In this document: positions 29,984-40,545 of the stretch, one piece after another
How positions within the stretch are numbered: the first letter of the stretch is position 1
How the letters are laid out: each line of letters opens with the position of its first letter
Assembly (NCBI GenBank): GCA_965207885.1
Contig: OZ242311.1
Span: 32,001 to 96,000 of the forward strand
Direction of reading: 5' to 3'
Length of the DNA: 64,000 bases
Source of the DNA: Candidatus Latescibacterota bacterium
Lineage (GTDB): Bacteria > Latescibacterota > UBA2968
Notes under the pieces: generated by a model
What the model was told of the DNA's origin: nothing
The model's input: only the letters and a program-made list of their open reading frames with translations
Database searches by the model: none
Translations under genes and position numbers: made by a program

Positions 29984-31657
29984 TCACTCGTCTCTCCCCT
30001 TCGCGGGAAAGATGCCTGTGGGACGCAACTGTAAAAAGAGGATAATAAGACCCAAAATGAGAACCTTGGCATACACGGCTTCGGCAAAGGGTTCAATAAC
30101 CTTATTGGAAACACCAATACCGAGACCCGCCACAACAGTCCCCAAAATTTTTCCAACACCGCCAACGACAACCACGAGAAAAGCATCGACAATATACGTC
30201 TGCCCCATATTCGGCACGACATTGCCAATAAGCGTCATAGCCCAACCCGCGATACCCGCGATACCCGTACCGATAAAAAACGCAATCGCATCAACGCGAC
30301 GGGTGGGAACACCCATACAAGCACTCATCTCGCGATTTTGTGTAACAGCGCGCAACCGAAGACCAAACCGGGTCTTAAAGAAAAACGCGACCAGACCAAC
30401 CAGAATAACAGCCGTGAGACCAATGATAAAAATCCGGTTATACGGCAACATAACCTGCGGTGCCAATTCAAAACCACCACTGAGAATCTGGGGCAGCTTG
30501 ACAGCCGTGAGATCGCCAAAAATCGTACGCGCGAGTTGCACCAGAATAAGACCAATCCCCCATGTAGCCAGCAAACTCTCGAGCGGACGATTGTAAAGAC
30601 GGCGAATAACCAGAGACTCCACAAGCAAACCCATACTGCCAGCCGCGAGAAATGCAACCGGCAAAGACAGCAAAAAAAACAGATCGATATACGCAGCGGG
30701 CAGGACAATCATGCAAATATTCTGAACAATAAACGTAAAATAAGCCCCAACCATCATAAACTCGCCGTGCGCCATATTGATAATACCGATCTGCCCATAA
30801 ATAACCGCCAGACCAAGCGCAATCAGAATCAAAATAGACCCCAGACTGAGACCGACAAAAGCGGTCTGGATCACCACCATAATCTGGTTAAATGTCTCCA
30901 ACCCCTGAATCGCATCGCGTATCTCGTTCTGAACCGCGGGATCTGACTCGGCAATATTGCCACTGGCATCGGGCTCAACACGCGCGCGCAAAAAAGAAAG
31001 GACAAATGTATTATTGAGTTCACCCAGTGCTTTAGCCGCATTGAGACGAACTTCGGGGTCGGAATGTGTGAGTTCGAGCTTGCCCAGAGCAACGCGGATC
31101 AGACTTTGGATACTGCTATCCGTCTCTTTTTCCAGAGCATCTCGCAACATGGGGACCGCGTCCAAATCGCCGCGATTGCCCAGCGTTTCTACAGCAACGC
31201 GGCGCTTGCCGGAATCCGGATGAAAAATCTCCATCTGCGTGAGATAGGGTTGAATAAGCGCGCGGATGCGGCGGTTGCTATCAATCTCTTCGAGATCAAT
31301 CAGCGGCGCAATGAGGGGCTTGCCCTCGTCGTCCAAAATGGGATAGCGTTTGGGATAGGCGGTATAGAGCGGGGCGAAGGTATCGCCATAATCGTCTTCT
31401 TGCATTTCGCCGATAATGACGAGCTCGTTATTCTTCAGATAGAGTTCACCATTGAAAAGCGCGACCATCAGGGCATAATAAGCGACATCTTTTGCATCCG
31501 AAATAGCTCTGACCGCAGTAGTGATACTATCGCGGTTATTGCTGGTAATGCGCCCGAGTTGCAACTGGTGATCCATCTGTGCATGGACGGAAGATGTGCC
31601 CAGAATGAAAACCAGCGCGCAGATAGAGCGCAAAAAATTGTGGCGTTTTATTTTCAT
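29984..31657 (-). CDS. urtB: Urea ABC transporter permease with N-terminal HEAT-like periplasmic extension
   Basis: INMAHGEF, RPLESLLATWG; signal peptide and HEAT-like repeats. Confidence 0.9.
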   Translation of the reverse strand: MKIKRHNFLRSICALVFILGTSSVHAQMDHQLQLGRITSNNRDSITTAVRAISDAKDVAYYALMVALFNGELYLKNNELVIIGEMQEDDYGDTFAPLYTAYPKRYPILDDEGKPLIAPLIDLEEIDSNRRIRALIQPYLTQMEIFHPDSGKRRVAVETLGNRGDLDAVPMLRDALEKETDSSIQSLIRVALGKLELTHSDPEVRLNAAKALGELNNTFVLSFLRARVEPDASGNIAESDPAVQNEIRDAIQGLETFNQIMVVIQTAFVGLSLGSILILIALGLAVIYGQIGIINMAHGEFMMVGAYFTFIVQNICMIVLPAAYIDLFFLLSLPVAFLAAGSMGLLVESLVIRRLYNRPLESLLATWGIGLILVQLARTIFGDLTAVKLPQILSGGFELAPQVMLPYNRIFIIGLTAVILVGLVAFFFKTRFGLRLRAVTQNREMSACMGVPTRRVDAIAFFIGTGIAGIAGWAMTLIGNVVPNMGQTYIVDAFLVVVVGGVGKILGTVVAGLGIGVSNKVIEPFAEAVYAKVLILGLIILFLQLRPTGIFPAKGRDE

Positions 31658-31753
31658 GCGTTTAAGTCAACACCTCCACAGCGAGAGACACCGCCCACCT
31701 ATGAGAGAACCAGAGGAAAGCGGCATCCCTCTTTTGCGGTGTGCTTTTTCAAG

Positions 31754-32653
31754 TTAAAACGTAAAAATAGATTCAAAAGCAAACAGGGTTACTTCGGAAT
31801 CAATATCGCGGCGCAATTCGGCCAACACACCCCAGTTATCGGTAATCGTATAACTGGGACTAAAGGTAATCTCCGTAAACTTTCCATCGGCATCTGTATC
31901 CAGACCGCTATAGCGCACAGTCGCACCGACCTTGTCGGACAAAGCCATATTACCCATTAAAATCCAGCCATAGCCACTATTGCCACTTTCCCCCCAGTTC
32001 GCCAGATAGTTGTATTCCGCAGCCAGTGTCACGGGACCCGTGGCATACATTCCCCAGGCATTGACGAGCGACTGTTCAAAACCACCCATATCTTCCCAGA
32101 GATACGCGACCTTCGCCGTAAATGCTTCAACAGGTGTAAAAGCAACCTGTGCTTCAAAACCCAGATCGTCAAAACTGGTATCGGTCCCATCCCACACGCT
32201 GGAGACAACAGAGCCAAAAAAGCCGACTTTGCCATTGCCAAAACCCACAGCAGCGCCATTTTGATAACCACCATAAACAAGTGTAGCAGAATAAGAATAT
32301 TGATACAAACCTGTGGGTTCTGCAGTCTCCCAACCCGAACAACTCAAAAATTTACCGCCCGTAATGCTAACGCCATTCGGCGCTTTATAAGTCACAAAAG
32401 CCTGCTCGAGATCAACAGAGCCACCACTGAGGCTATTGATATCGGCCTGGGCTGACAGCCCGTGTCCATAATTGTAAATAAAGTCAACTTCAAACTGATC
32501 AAAAGACAGACTATTGGATTTGGTTGCCGTATCATACGTTGACGACATATCAAAAAATCCCGTAACCGTGAGGTTATCTGTAATTTTGATCTGAGCAAAT
32601 GACGAAGTGGCGGAAAAAGCCAGCAGCGCGAGAAGCAGCAACAGTTTTTTCAT
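31754..32653 (-). CDS. Outer-membrane beta-barrel porin
   Basis: Signal peptide, LEQAFV, alternating beta pattern, C-terminal Phe. Confidence 0.75.
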   Translation of the reverse strand: MKKLLLLLALLAFSATSSFAQIKITDNLTVTGFFDMSSTYDTATKSNSLSFDQFEVDFIYNYGHGLSAQADINSLSGGSVDLEQAFVTYKAPNGVSITGGKFLSCSGWETAEPTGLYQYSYSATLVYGGYQNGAAVGFGNGKVGFFGSVVSSVWDGTDTSFDDLGFEAQVAFTPVEAFTAKVAYLWEDMGGFEQSLVNAWGMYATGPVTLAAEYNYLANWGESGNSGYGWILMGNMALSDKVGATVRYSGLDTDADGKFTEITFSPSYTITDNWGVLAELRRDIDSEVTLFAFESIFTF

Positions 32654-32704
32654 TTTTTTCTCCTGTTTTGCGGGCGGAGCAATCCAATAGCCCCGCCCAA
32701 ATTT

Positions 32705-33970
32705 TTACTGACCGAGCATATAGGTGCCCATGTACTTGACATGATCGCAATCTTTGTCCGCACTCGTGATATCGTCCCAGGGATCGGGAGCGACGAGGCC
32801 ATCGGTCTCATATACAATCTTGAATTGACCGTTCTTGCGGATCTCGCCAATCAGCACGGGCTTGTGCAAATGGTGATTCACCGGATCCATCATCACCGTA
32901 CCCCCCGGACCGTCAAACTTGAGGCTGTAAAGCGCGGGACGCACGGCATCGACATCAAAAGAACCGGCTTTTTCCACTGCAGCTTTCCACAGATAAACAC
33001 CCACATAAGACCACACAATGGGATCATCGGTAACCCGCTTGGCACCACCGGGCAACCCATTTGCCGCGCAATAATCCTTAAACTTCTTCACAAATGCGCG
33101 ATTGTCCGCAGAGGAAATAGATTGGAAGTAATTCCAGGCAGCCAGATGACCGACGAGAAACTCCGTATCCATCGAACGCAATTCATCTTCAGCAACAGAA
33201 AACGCCATAATCGGGCACATCGCCGATGTGAGACCCTGGTTGGCAAATTCCTTATAGAACGGAACATTGGAATCGCCATTGATAGTGGATAAGACAGCAG
33301 CGTCGCCATTTGCGGCAAAGCGCTTGATCTTCTGAACTATGGTCTGATAGTCCTGATGGTGAAAAGGCGTATATTCTTCAATAATATTTTCTTCAGGCAC
33401 ACCCTTGTGCAGCAAGAAAGCGCGAAGAATCTTATTCGCGGTACGCGGGAAAACATAGTCCGTACCCAGCAGATAAAACTTTTTATAACCGCCCCCTTCT
33501 TCACTCATCAGATATTCAGCAGCGGGAATCAGTTGCTGGTTGGGCGTAGCACCGGTATAAATAATATTGCGAGAACACTCCTCCCCTTCGTATTGAACCG
33601 GATAAAAAAGCAAACCATTGCTCTCTTCAAAAACCGGCAAAACAGACTTGCGCGAAACCGAAGTCCAGCACCCAAAAGTCACGGCGACCTTCTCCTCCCG
33701 AAGCAGCATTTTGGCTTTCTCGGCAAACAGATCCCAGTCCGATGCCGGATCGACAACCACGGGTTCAATCTTCTTCCCCAGCACGCCGCCACTGGCATTG
33801 ATCTCCCCAACAGCCATAAGCACGACATCGCGCAGTGAAACCTCAGAGATCGCCATGGTCCCACTCAGAGAGTGCAACACGCCGAGCTTAACCGTCTCCT
33901 CCGCGTGAACACTAAGACCTGTGGTACATAGCAATGCAGCGACAAACAAAATATTCAAAAACTTTTTCAT
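32705..33970 (-). CDS. urtA: Urea ABC transporter substrate-binding protein
   Basis: LHSLSGTMAISE, FGCWTSVSRK, YPVQYEG, GTDYVFPR. Confidence 0.95.
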   Translation of the reverse strand: MKKFLNILFVAALLCTTGLSVHAEETVKLGVLHSLSGTMAISEVSLRDVVLMAVGEINASGGVLGKKIEPVVVDPASDWDLFAEKAKMLLREEKVAVTFGCWTSVSRKSVLPVFEESNGLLFYPVQYEGEECSRNIIYTGATPNQQLIPAAEYLMSEEGGGYKKFYLLGTDYVFPRTANKILRAFLLHKGVPEENIIEEYTPFHHQDYQTIVQKIKRFAANGDAAVLSTINGDSNVPFYKEFANQGLTSAMCPIMAFSVAEDELRSMDTEFLVGHLAAWNYFQSISSADNRAFVKKFKDYCAANGLPGGAKRVTDDPIVWSYVGVYLWKAAVEKAGSFDVDAVRPALYSLKFDGPGGTVMMDPVNHHLHKPVLIGEIRKNGQFKIVYETDGLVAPDPWDDITSADKDCDHVKYMGTYMLGQ

Positions 33971-34087
33971 ACGCGTGATACCTCCATCCAGTGTGTAGTT
34001 TGTGATACATCGAAAAAACAAAATCTTCTTAACGAATAGGTTAGCCTACAAAAAGCCTCCTTTCGATGAGCTATCAGCGAGACCTAT

Positions 34088-34122
34088 CCCCCCGGCCCCC
34101 TTTCCTACGAGGAAAGGGGGAG
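34088..34122. repeat. GC-rich hairpin (REP-like)
   Basis: CCCCCTTTCCT-ACG-AGGAAAGGGGG perfect stem. Confidence 0.55.
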
Positions 34123-34359
34123 CAAGGCTTTCCTAAAAACCTTGCACCGATGGTTGCTTTCATTGTGACGGGCAAAAAGTTACATTTAAATTATTTCAAA
34201 AAGATTAAACAGAGATAAACTCGATATTTCTTTATTTTTTTATTTTCAGACAGAATTTTAAGACAGCACCCTTTTTCAACGTGGATTTTCTGCTATATTT
34301 CGAATATCTTAAAACATGGCCGTTGACTTCCTCAATACCATTAAATCAATGAGGCTTCC

Positions 34360-34767
34360 ATGACAATCCCAGAACGAATTGACGAATTTCTCAAAGGAAA
34401 AGCATTCGGCGTTGTCGGCGCATCGCGAGACCGGGCAAAATACGGCAACAAGATCTTGCGGTGTTATCTACAGCACGGATTGACCGCTTATCCCATCAAC
34501 CCCAAAGAGGCAGAAATTGAAGGACAACCCTGTTTCCCCGATATAGATTCACTCCCTGAACCCGTTCACGGCATCTCAATCATCACACCACCTCCCGTGA
34601 CAGAAACCATAATCCCTCAAGCTCATGAAGCGGGCATTCAACACGTGTGGATGCAACCCGGTGCTGAGAGCACAACCGCAATTTCAATGGGAGAAGAATT
34701 GGGACTTTCGGTTATCGGCGACGGCTCGTGTCTGCTCGTTGTATTGGGCTATCGAGAAGATGGATAA
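34360..34767 (+). CDS. CoA-binding protein
   Basis: VVGASRDRAKYG, YPINP, WMQPGAE. Confidence 0.9.
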   Translation: MTIPERIDEFLKGKAFGVVGASRDRAKYGNKILRCYLQHGLTAYPINPKEAEIEGQPCFPDIDSLPEPVHGISIITPPPVTETIIPQAHEAGIQHVWMQPGAESTTAISMGEELGLSVIGDGSCLLVVLGYREDG

Positions 34768-34772
34768 AAAAG

Positions 34773-35912
34773 ATGAAACTTTGCCTATTTTTAATCTTCT
34801 ATTTTCTCGCTATTGGGCTTTGTCAAGCCAACGACAGTATTGAAACAGCCAAAGCGCAAACCTATGAAGCCATTGACCTGCACCCATTGAGAGACGGGAT
34901 GAGTCACTGGCGCAAGCGATATGGACGCGACCGCAACGATCCGATGTACGATCCCTCGCAAATTGTCCATATTGCCGAAAACATGCTCGCTTACCAGAAC
35001 GCAGATGGTGGTTGGCCCAATAATATAGATTGGCAGGCGCAGATTGACCCCGACACAGTCAGAGCGATCAAAGGCGAACGGCGGATGGTCAGCACATTTG
35101 ACAATCACAACACGTACTCACAGATTGATTATCTGGCAAAAGTGTACATTGCGACTGACCTGGATCGATATCGCAATGCAGTCGAACGGGGTCTGGACTA
35201 TATATTCCGCGAGCAACAACCCACAGGTGGATGGCGCGGTTGGGATGTAGATGCCATTACTTATAATGACGGCGTAATGATTGGCATAATGACCCTGTTG
35301 AAAGATATCGCAGACCGCAAGCCTCAATTTGCATGGACAAGCCATGAACTACACGCCAAAGCCAAAGCCGCACTGCACCGGGCGATTGCTGTAACCCTGA
35401 AATGCCAGATCGTCGTCAAAGGCAAAAAAACGGGATGGAGTCAGCAACACGACCATATAACTTATAAACCCGTAAAAGCGCGCACTTATGAACTGCCGTC
35501 CATTACAGCGGGACAAACGGCGAAGATCGTGCATTTTTTAATGCGTATTGAAAATCCGAGCTCCGAGATAATAGATGCAATCGAAACTGCGGTACAATGG
35601 TTTCAAGAGGCAAAAATAGAAGGCATTCGACTAAAACGCATCGAAATAGACCCCACGCGCTTTAGAAATCACACAGCGACCACAGACCTGATCGTCGTCA
35701 AAGACCCGGACGCCCCGCCTTTGTGGGCGCGCTTTCACGAAATAGGTACAAACCGCCCCTTTATGGCCAACCGGGACGGCAACAAAGTCTATTCTCTATC
35801 ACAGGTCGCCCTGGAAAGACGAACCGGATATGCGTGGTATGGCTACTGGCCCGCGCGAATTCTGGAAAAAGATTATCCTATTTGGAAAAATAAAAACAGG
35901 AGACAAAAATGA
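34773..35912 (+). CDS. Pectate lyase, PL10/PelA family
   Basis: Signal peptide, QNADGGWP, TFDN, ITYND, WSQQHD, ARTYEL, ERRTGYAWY. Confidence 0.88.
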   Translation: MKLCLFLIFYFLAIGLCQANDSIETAKAQTYEAIDLHPLRDGMSHWRKRYGRDRNDPMYDPSQIVHIAENMLAYQNADGGWPNNIDWQAQIDPDTVRAIKGERRMVSTFDNHNTYSQIDYLAKVYIATDLDRYRNAVERGLDYIFREQQPTGGWRGWDVDAITYNDGVMIGIMTLLKDIADRKPQFAWTSHELHAKAKAALHRAIAVTLKCQIVVKGKKTGWSQQHDHITYKPVKARTYELPSITAGQTAKIVHFLMRIENPSSEIIDAIETAVQWFQEAKIEGIRLKRIEIDPTRFRNHTATTDLIVVKDPDAPPLWARFHEIGTNRPFMANRDGNKVYSLSQVALERRTGYAWYGYWPARILEKDYPIWKNKNRRQK

Positions 35913-36844
35913 TCTATAGAACATTTGGCAAAACGGGATGGCGCGTTTCCGTCGTAGGACTGGGCACATGGAACCTGGGCAACCAGTGGGGCGAGTTGAG
36001 CGATCAGGAGGCAACCGATATTATATTAGCCGCGATTGACAATGGCATGAACCTGCTGGACGCCGCCGAATCCTATGGCATCCCCAACGGCATGAGCGAA
36101 TTGCGCATTGGCAAAACCCTGACACCATCCATGCGCGACAAGTTGGTCATCGTAAGCAAAATCGGCAACTGGGGGAGTCGCACCGGGGCACCTGTGCCAA
36201 AAACAGGCGTTGATGCCATTCGCCTGTGCGGACACGCCTGCCTGGGCCGCATGCAAACCGACCGAATCGACGTCATGTTATGCCATGAAGGTAGCATTGA
36301 AGACCCAACCGTGTACATCGAAGGATTTGATATCCTGTGCAAAGAGGGATTTGTTCGCGCCTATGGCATCTCGACAAATAGTCTGGATGTGCTGAAAAAC
36401 TTCTACGAAATATCGAACGGCATCTGCGCCGTAGTAGAAGTGGATTATTCCCTGATCAATCGCGAACCAGAAGCGGGATTTCTCGATTACTGCACAGAAA
36501 AAAATCTGGGCATCCTCGTGCGAGGCCCATTGGCCAAAGGCGTCTTATCCGGCAAATACAACCGCGAAAGCGTATTTGCCGACACCGTGCGCGACGACTG
36601 GAACCCGGGACAATCCGATCGCGAAGAATACGAAGACATGCTCGACAAGCTGGAAGCCATCAGACAAACCATTGGAGACGACTCAAAACTGGTAGAAACC
36701 GCTCTCCGGTATGTCATCTCGCACAAATCCAATCCCATTGTCATCCCCGGCGCAACAAAAGTCGAACAAGTCATAGACAATGCGCGAGCAGGTGCCGCCT
36801 TACTGGATGAAGATCTGTATCGGAAATTGGGAGGAAACATCTAA
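35909..36844 (+). CDS. Aldo/keto reductase
   Basis: GLGTW, DAAESYG, SKIG, GPLAKG, IPGA. Confidence 0.9.
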   Translation: MIYRTFGKTGWRVSVVGLGTWNLGNQWGELSDQEATDIILAAIDNGMNLLDAAESYGIPNGMSELRIGKTLTPSMRDKLVIVSKIGNWGSRTGAPVPKTGVDAIRLCGHACLGRMQTDRIDVMLCHEGSIEDPTVYIEGFDILCKEGFVRAYGISTNSLDVLKNFYEISNGICAVVEVDYSLINREPEAGFLDYCTEKNLGILVRGPLAKGVLSGKYNRESVFADTVRDDWNPGQSDREEYEDMLDKLEAIRQTIGDDSKLVETALRYVISHKSNPIVIPGATKVEQVIDNARAGAALLDEDLYRKLGGNI

Positions 36845-37833
36845 TGCAAACACGGGTTCCTTTTGAAAAATTAAAAGACGCATTTGTCGCGGCGCTCCTG
36901 AAGGCAGAATTATCACAGGACCGCGCGGAATTGTGCGGGCGATTATTCGCAGAAAATCAGCGCGACGGTGTCTATTCTCACGGCCTGAACCGATTTCCCG
37001 GGCTACTGGCAAAACTGAGCGAAGGGCGATTAGACGGCACAGCCGAACCCGAATGCGTAAACGCCCTCGGCGTCTTAGAACAATGGGATGGCAAAATGGG
37101 AATAGGGCTGGTCAATGCCCATCTCGCAATGGGACGCGCAATAGAACTCGCAAAAGCAAACGGCATGGGATGCGTGGGCTTGCGCAACACCAACCACTGG
37201 ATGCGCGCTGGAGCTTATGGCCTGCAAGCCGCCGACGCGGGATGCATCGGCATGTGCTGGACAAATACAACCCCGCTCATGCCGCCCTGGGGTGCAACGG
37301 AAAAACGCATTGGAAACAACCCGATGACAATGGCCATCCCGAGAAAAGAGGGACACATCCTCCTGGACATGGCGATGAGCCAGTATTCCAATGGCAAACT
37401 GGAAGTCTTACAAGCGCGAGGAGAGACCCTGCCCATCGCCGGAGGATTTGATACAGAGGGCAATCTGACATGCGACCCCGGTGCCATACTCGATTCAAAA
37501 CGCGCCCTCCCAATCGGCTACTGGAAAGGATCGGCACTCGCGATCGTACTCGACACCCTCGCCGCGCTATTATCAGCTGGTCAAACAACGCACGACATCG
37601 GCGCACAGGGCGATGAACACGCCGTATCGCAAACCTATATTGCAATTGACGTCACATCATTAAACGGACGTGAACTATGTGAACGCATTGTAAACGGCAT
37701 CATTGACGACCTGCATGAAGTTCACGAATCCGCGCGCTATCCCGGCGAAGGCATGTTGCGAACGCGACGCGAGAGTCTGGAGAAAGGGGTGGTGGTAGAG
37801 GAGGATCAGTGGGAGGAATTATTGAGGATATAA
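36844..37833 (+). CDS. yiaK: 3-dehydro-L-gulonate 2-dehydrogenase (2,3-diketo-L-gulonate reductase)
   Basis: DGVYSHGLNRF, NTNHWMRAG, MPPWG, DMAMSQYS, LPIGYWKGS. Confidence 0.88.
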   Translation: MQTRVPFEKLKDAFVAALLKAELSQDRAELCGRLFAENQRDGVYSHGLNRFPGLLAKLSEGRLDGTAEPECVNALGVLEQWDGKMGIGLVNAHLAMGRAIELAKANGMGCVGLRNTNHWMRAGAYGLQAADAGCIGMCWTNTTPLMPPWGATEKRIGNNPMTMAIPRKEGHILLDMAMSQYSNGKLEVLQARGETLPIAGGFDTEGNLTCDPGAILDSKRALPIGYWKGSALAIVLDTLAALLSAGQTTHDIGAQGDEHAVSQTYIAIDVTSLNGRELCERIVNGIIDDLHEVHESARYPGEGMLRTRRESLEKGVVVEEDQWEELLRI

Positions 37834-37854
37834 CCATTTTTCAGGAGCATTTTT

Positions 37855-38703
37855 ATGTCTAACCCATTATTACCCACGACCAATGCCGACGGCTTGCCCG
37901 TCGCGCCCATGAGTGAAGAGCAGAAATACACATTTGACCTCAAGGGATGGATCTGCTTACCCGGCTTGCTCAGTGAAGAAGAACTCATCCCCATACGCGA
38001 ACACCAGATGAAACTTCTGAACGAAAGCGAATCACTGCCCCCTGATGAACGCGACAATCACGGCGGCGCATCGCAAATACTACTCGACCACCCGGCTGTG
38101 GTCGGTGTATTAAACGAAATCATCTCACATCAGGCACTGGCAACCGAAGACTGCTACGGATTTCGGTTCGACCATACGTACACCAGCCATCGACGAGCCG
38201 GTCACGACAACTTCCGACCCCATGGCGGGGGTGGATACTTCAACTTCTGCGGTAACTCACACATCTATCAAATGCAACCCGGGAAAATTCACGCGGGATT
38301 GATCCGCGTCGTCTGGGAATTAAATGAAGTGCGAAAAGGCGACGGCACCATGTTCTTATCGGGCAGTCACAAAGCCGCATTCCCGCGACCCGAAACCCTG
38401 AGCGGACGCGAAAGCGACCTGTGGGACACGTATTCCTGCGTTGCGGGATCCGCAGTAATCTTCACCGAAGCCCTGTGCCATACGGGCACTACATGGGGCA
38501 ACGAAGAATGGGACCGATTGAGCCTATTCACCTGTTACAACACCGTAAATGCAAAATGGGGCAAAAAATGTCCACCGCCTGAAGTCATTGCCGCCATGCC
38601 CCCAAAGCGCCAAACCCTGTTCCGCGGCGTCTGGCACGGCATGCGCGAAATACCAAATGTGAATAAATACTACGACGAAGCTAATATCGGACGCTACGTA
38701 TAA
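37855..38703 (+). CDS. PhyH-like dioxygenase
   Basis: FDLKGW, HGG, LSGSHK, FTEALCH. Confidence 0.7.
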   Translation: MSNPLLPTTNADGLPVAPMSEEQKYTFDLKGWICLPGLLSEEELIPIREHQMKLLNESESLPPDERDNHGGASQILLDHPAVVGVLNEIISHQALATEDCYGFRFDHTYTSHRRAGHDNFRPHGGGGYFNFCGNSHIYQMQPGKIHAGLIRVVWELNEVRKGDGTMFLSGSHKAAFPRPETLSGRESDLWDTYSCVAGSAVIFTEALCHTGTTWGNEEWDRLSLFTCYNTVNAKWGKKCPPPEVIAAMPPKRQTLFRGVWHGMREIPNVNKYYDEANIGRYV

Positions 38704-38717
38704 AACAGGAGTAACCC

Positions 38718-39362
38718 ATGAACGTATTGATCACCTCGGGCAAAACAGCACTATCCCGGGCACTATCAGCAGAATTGGCAAAAGAACACAACGTCGTCCT
38801 GACAGATCTCGTAGATGTAGAAACAGATTGCGACTTTGTTAAATGCGAACTCGGGCACGAAGGAGAAACAGAAACCCTCGTACAGAGAATGGACGCCATA
38901 GTGCACCTCGCGGAACTGCCCGAAGAACTGAAAAGCGATGAACGGGAAATAGACTTTCAAACCCGATGTACTTATAACATCATGCACGCAGCACGGGAGA
39001 AAAACGTCCCCCACGTCATCTATATCAGTTCCCTCAGCCTATTCGCGTCATGCGACCCCAACTGGAATGTCACAGAAGTCTGGGCACCGCGACCCACAAC
39101 AGAGTCGGCACCCATGGCGCGCTACCTGGGTGAATTTACCTGCCGAGAATTTGCACGCGAGCACTCAGTCCGCGTAACCTGCCTGCGATTTGGAGATATA
39201 GACGGCGATGGCGACACAGCATTGACAACAGAAGACGCGGTAAAAGCCATCGGCAAGGCACTGGTAAAAAACGGACCCATGTGGCAGGTATTACACGTAC
39301 AATCAGACGTTGCAAATGCCCGGTTCCCCACAAATCAGGCAAAGCAAACACTGGGACTTTAA
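38718..39362 (+). CDS. NAD-dependent epimerase/dehydratase-like protein (degenerate Rossmann motif)
   Basis: VLITSG, DAIVHLA, YISSLS, CLRFG. Confidence 0.7.
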   Translation: MNVLITSGKTALSRALSAELAKEHNVVLTDLVDVETDCDFVKCELGHEGETETLVQRMDAIVHLAELPEELKSDEREIDFQTRCTYNIMHAAREKNVPHVIYISSLSLFASCDPNWNVTEVWAPRPTTESAPMARYLGEFTCREFAREHSVRVTCLRFGDIDGDGDTALTTEDAVKAIGKALVKNGPMWQVLHVQSDVANARFPTNQAKQTLGL

Positions 39363-39375
39363 CAATGAGGTAAAC

Positions 39376-40098
39376 ATGAAAGTTGTAATCTACGGAAGCA
39401 ATGGCCAGTTGGGACCGCATGTGGTCAAAGCTCTGGAAGGACATGTGGATCTGCGCTTAACCGACCTGGAGCCATTTGACACCCCACACGAAATGATGAT
39501 CGTAGATGTATCAGACCCCGATGCGGTCGCGCGCGCGGCAGAGGGCATGGACGCAATCGTCAACCTATCGGTCTTGCGCCCCCACCGACAGATCGCCTTT
39601 GATGTCAACACCCTGGGATGCTACAACATCATGCGCGCAGCAGTTGCACACCGAATCCCGAGGGTCATCAACACAGGACCGCACTTCACCGTACAGGGCG
39701 CACCCTACGAGGCATTGGATTACAACATCGGTCCCGATGTCCCCCCCAAACCCAGCACAAACCTATACGCCCTATCCAAGGGCCTGGGCCAAGAAATCTG
39801 CCGAATCTTCACCACACAGAGCGATGTCTATGTACTGTGTTACTTATTCTACATCTTCTGCTATCACGACGACCTGTCAAGACCCGGCCTGAACCGCCCG
39901 TTCCTCGTAACCTGGCGCGATGCTTCAGCGGCATTCTTGCCGGGCCTGACCATCGACCTCAAAACCCTGCCATCGCAATGCGAAGTCTTCAACATCTTTG
40001 CAAACCGACCGCACCAGAAATTCTCAAACGAAAAAGCAAAGCGTATCTTGGGGTGGCAGCCGAAAGATGACCTGGCGCATACCTATACAAAAAAATAA
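39376..40098 (+). CDS. NAD-dependent epimerase/dehydratase (uronate-dehydrogenase-like)
   Basis: GSNGQLG and YALSK motifs. Confidence 0.75.
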   Translation: MKVVIYGSNGQLGPHVVKALEGHVDLRLTDLEPFDTPHEMMIVDVSDPDAVARAAEGMDAIVNLSVLRPHRQIAFDVNTLGCYNIMRAAVAHRIPRVINTGPHFTVQGAPYEALDYNIGPDVPPKPSTNLYALSKGLGQEICRIFTTQSDVYVLCYLFYIFCYHDDLSRPGLNRPFLVTWRDASAAFLPGLTIDLKTLPSQCEVFNIFANRPHQKFSNEKAKRILGWQPKDDLAHTYTKK

Positions 40099-40153
40099 AA
40101 AATTCGACTTTGAAACCCGAAAAGGGATCGAAAAGACCAGTACAGCATCTGCT

Positions 40154-40405
40154 ATGACCATACCTGCAATTCATCCGGGAGAACACCTCGCCGAAGAGTT
40201 GAGAGCACTCGACCTGAGCGCAACATCACTCGCACGACGGATTGAGGTACCCACCACCCGAATCACTGAAATCCTCAACGGACGACGTGCAATTAATGGC
40301 GATATGGCCCTGAGATTGGCTCATTTTTTTCATACCAGTGCAGAATTCTGGCTAAATTTGCAGAAACTCTATGAGTTGCGAATTGCTGAGGAGAAAGTCC
40401 GATGA
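40154..40405 (+). CDS. higA: HigA-family antitoxin, orphan
   Basis: IHPGEHL, HTH, ILNGRRAI..MALRL, FWLNLQ..YEL. Confidence 0.85.
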   Translation: MTIPAIHPGEHLAEELRALDLSATSLARRIEVPTTRITEILNGRRAINGDMALRLAHFFHTSAEFWLNLQKLYELRIAEEKVR

Positions 40406-40545
40406 TTACGTCGAGACACAGATTGCGAAAGCTGTTGCTGAAGTCAAGGGCAAATCATGAGACGCCTGTGCCATTTGTCGCCTATTACAAAGAATGCATG
40501 TGTAGCAACTTCTGCACTATCCACTAAAGCGAAGTAACTGCAACG

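Noticed and set aside
29761-30045. ORF with [16 protein letters not shown] repeats
   Set aside because: It is just the translation of the octamer array, antisense to the urt operon.
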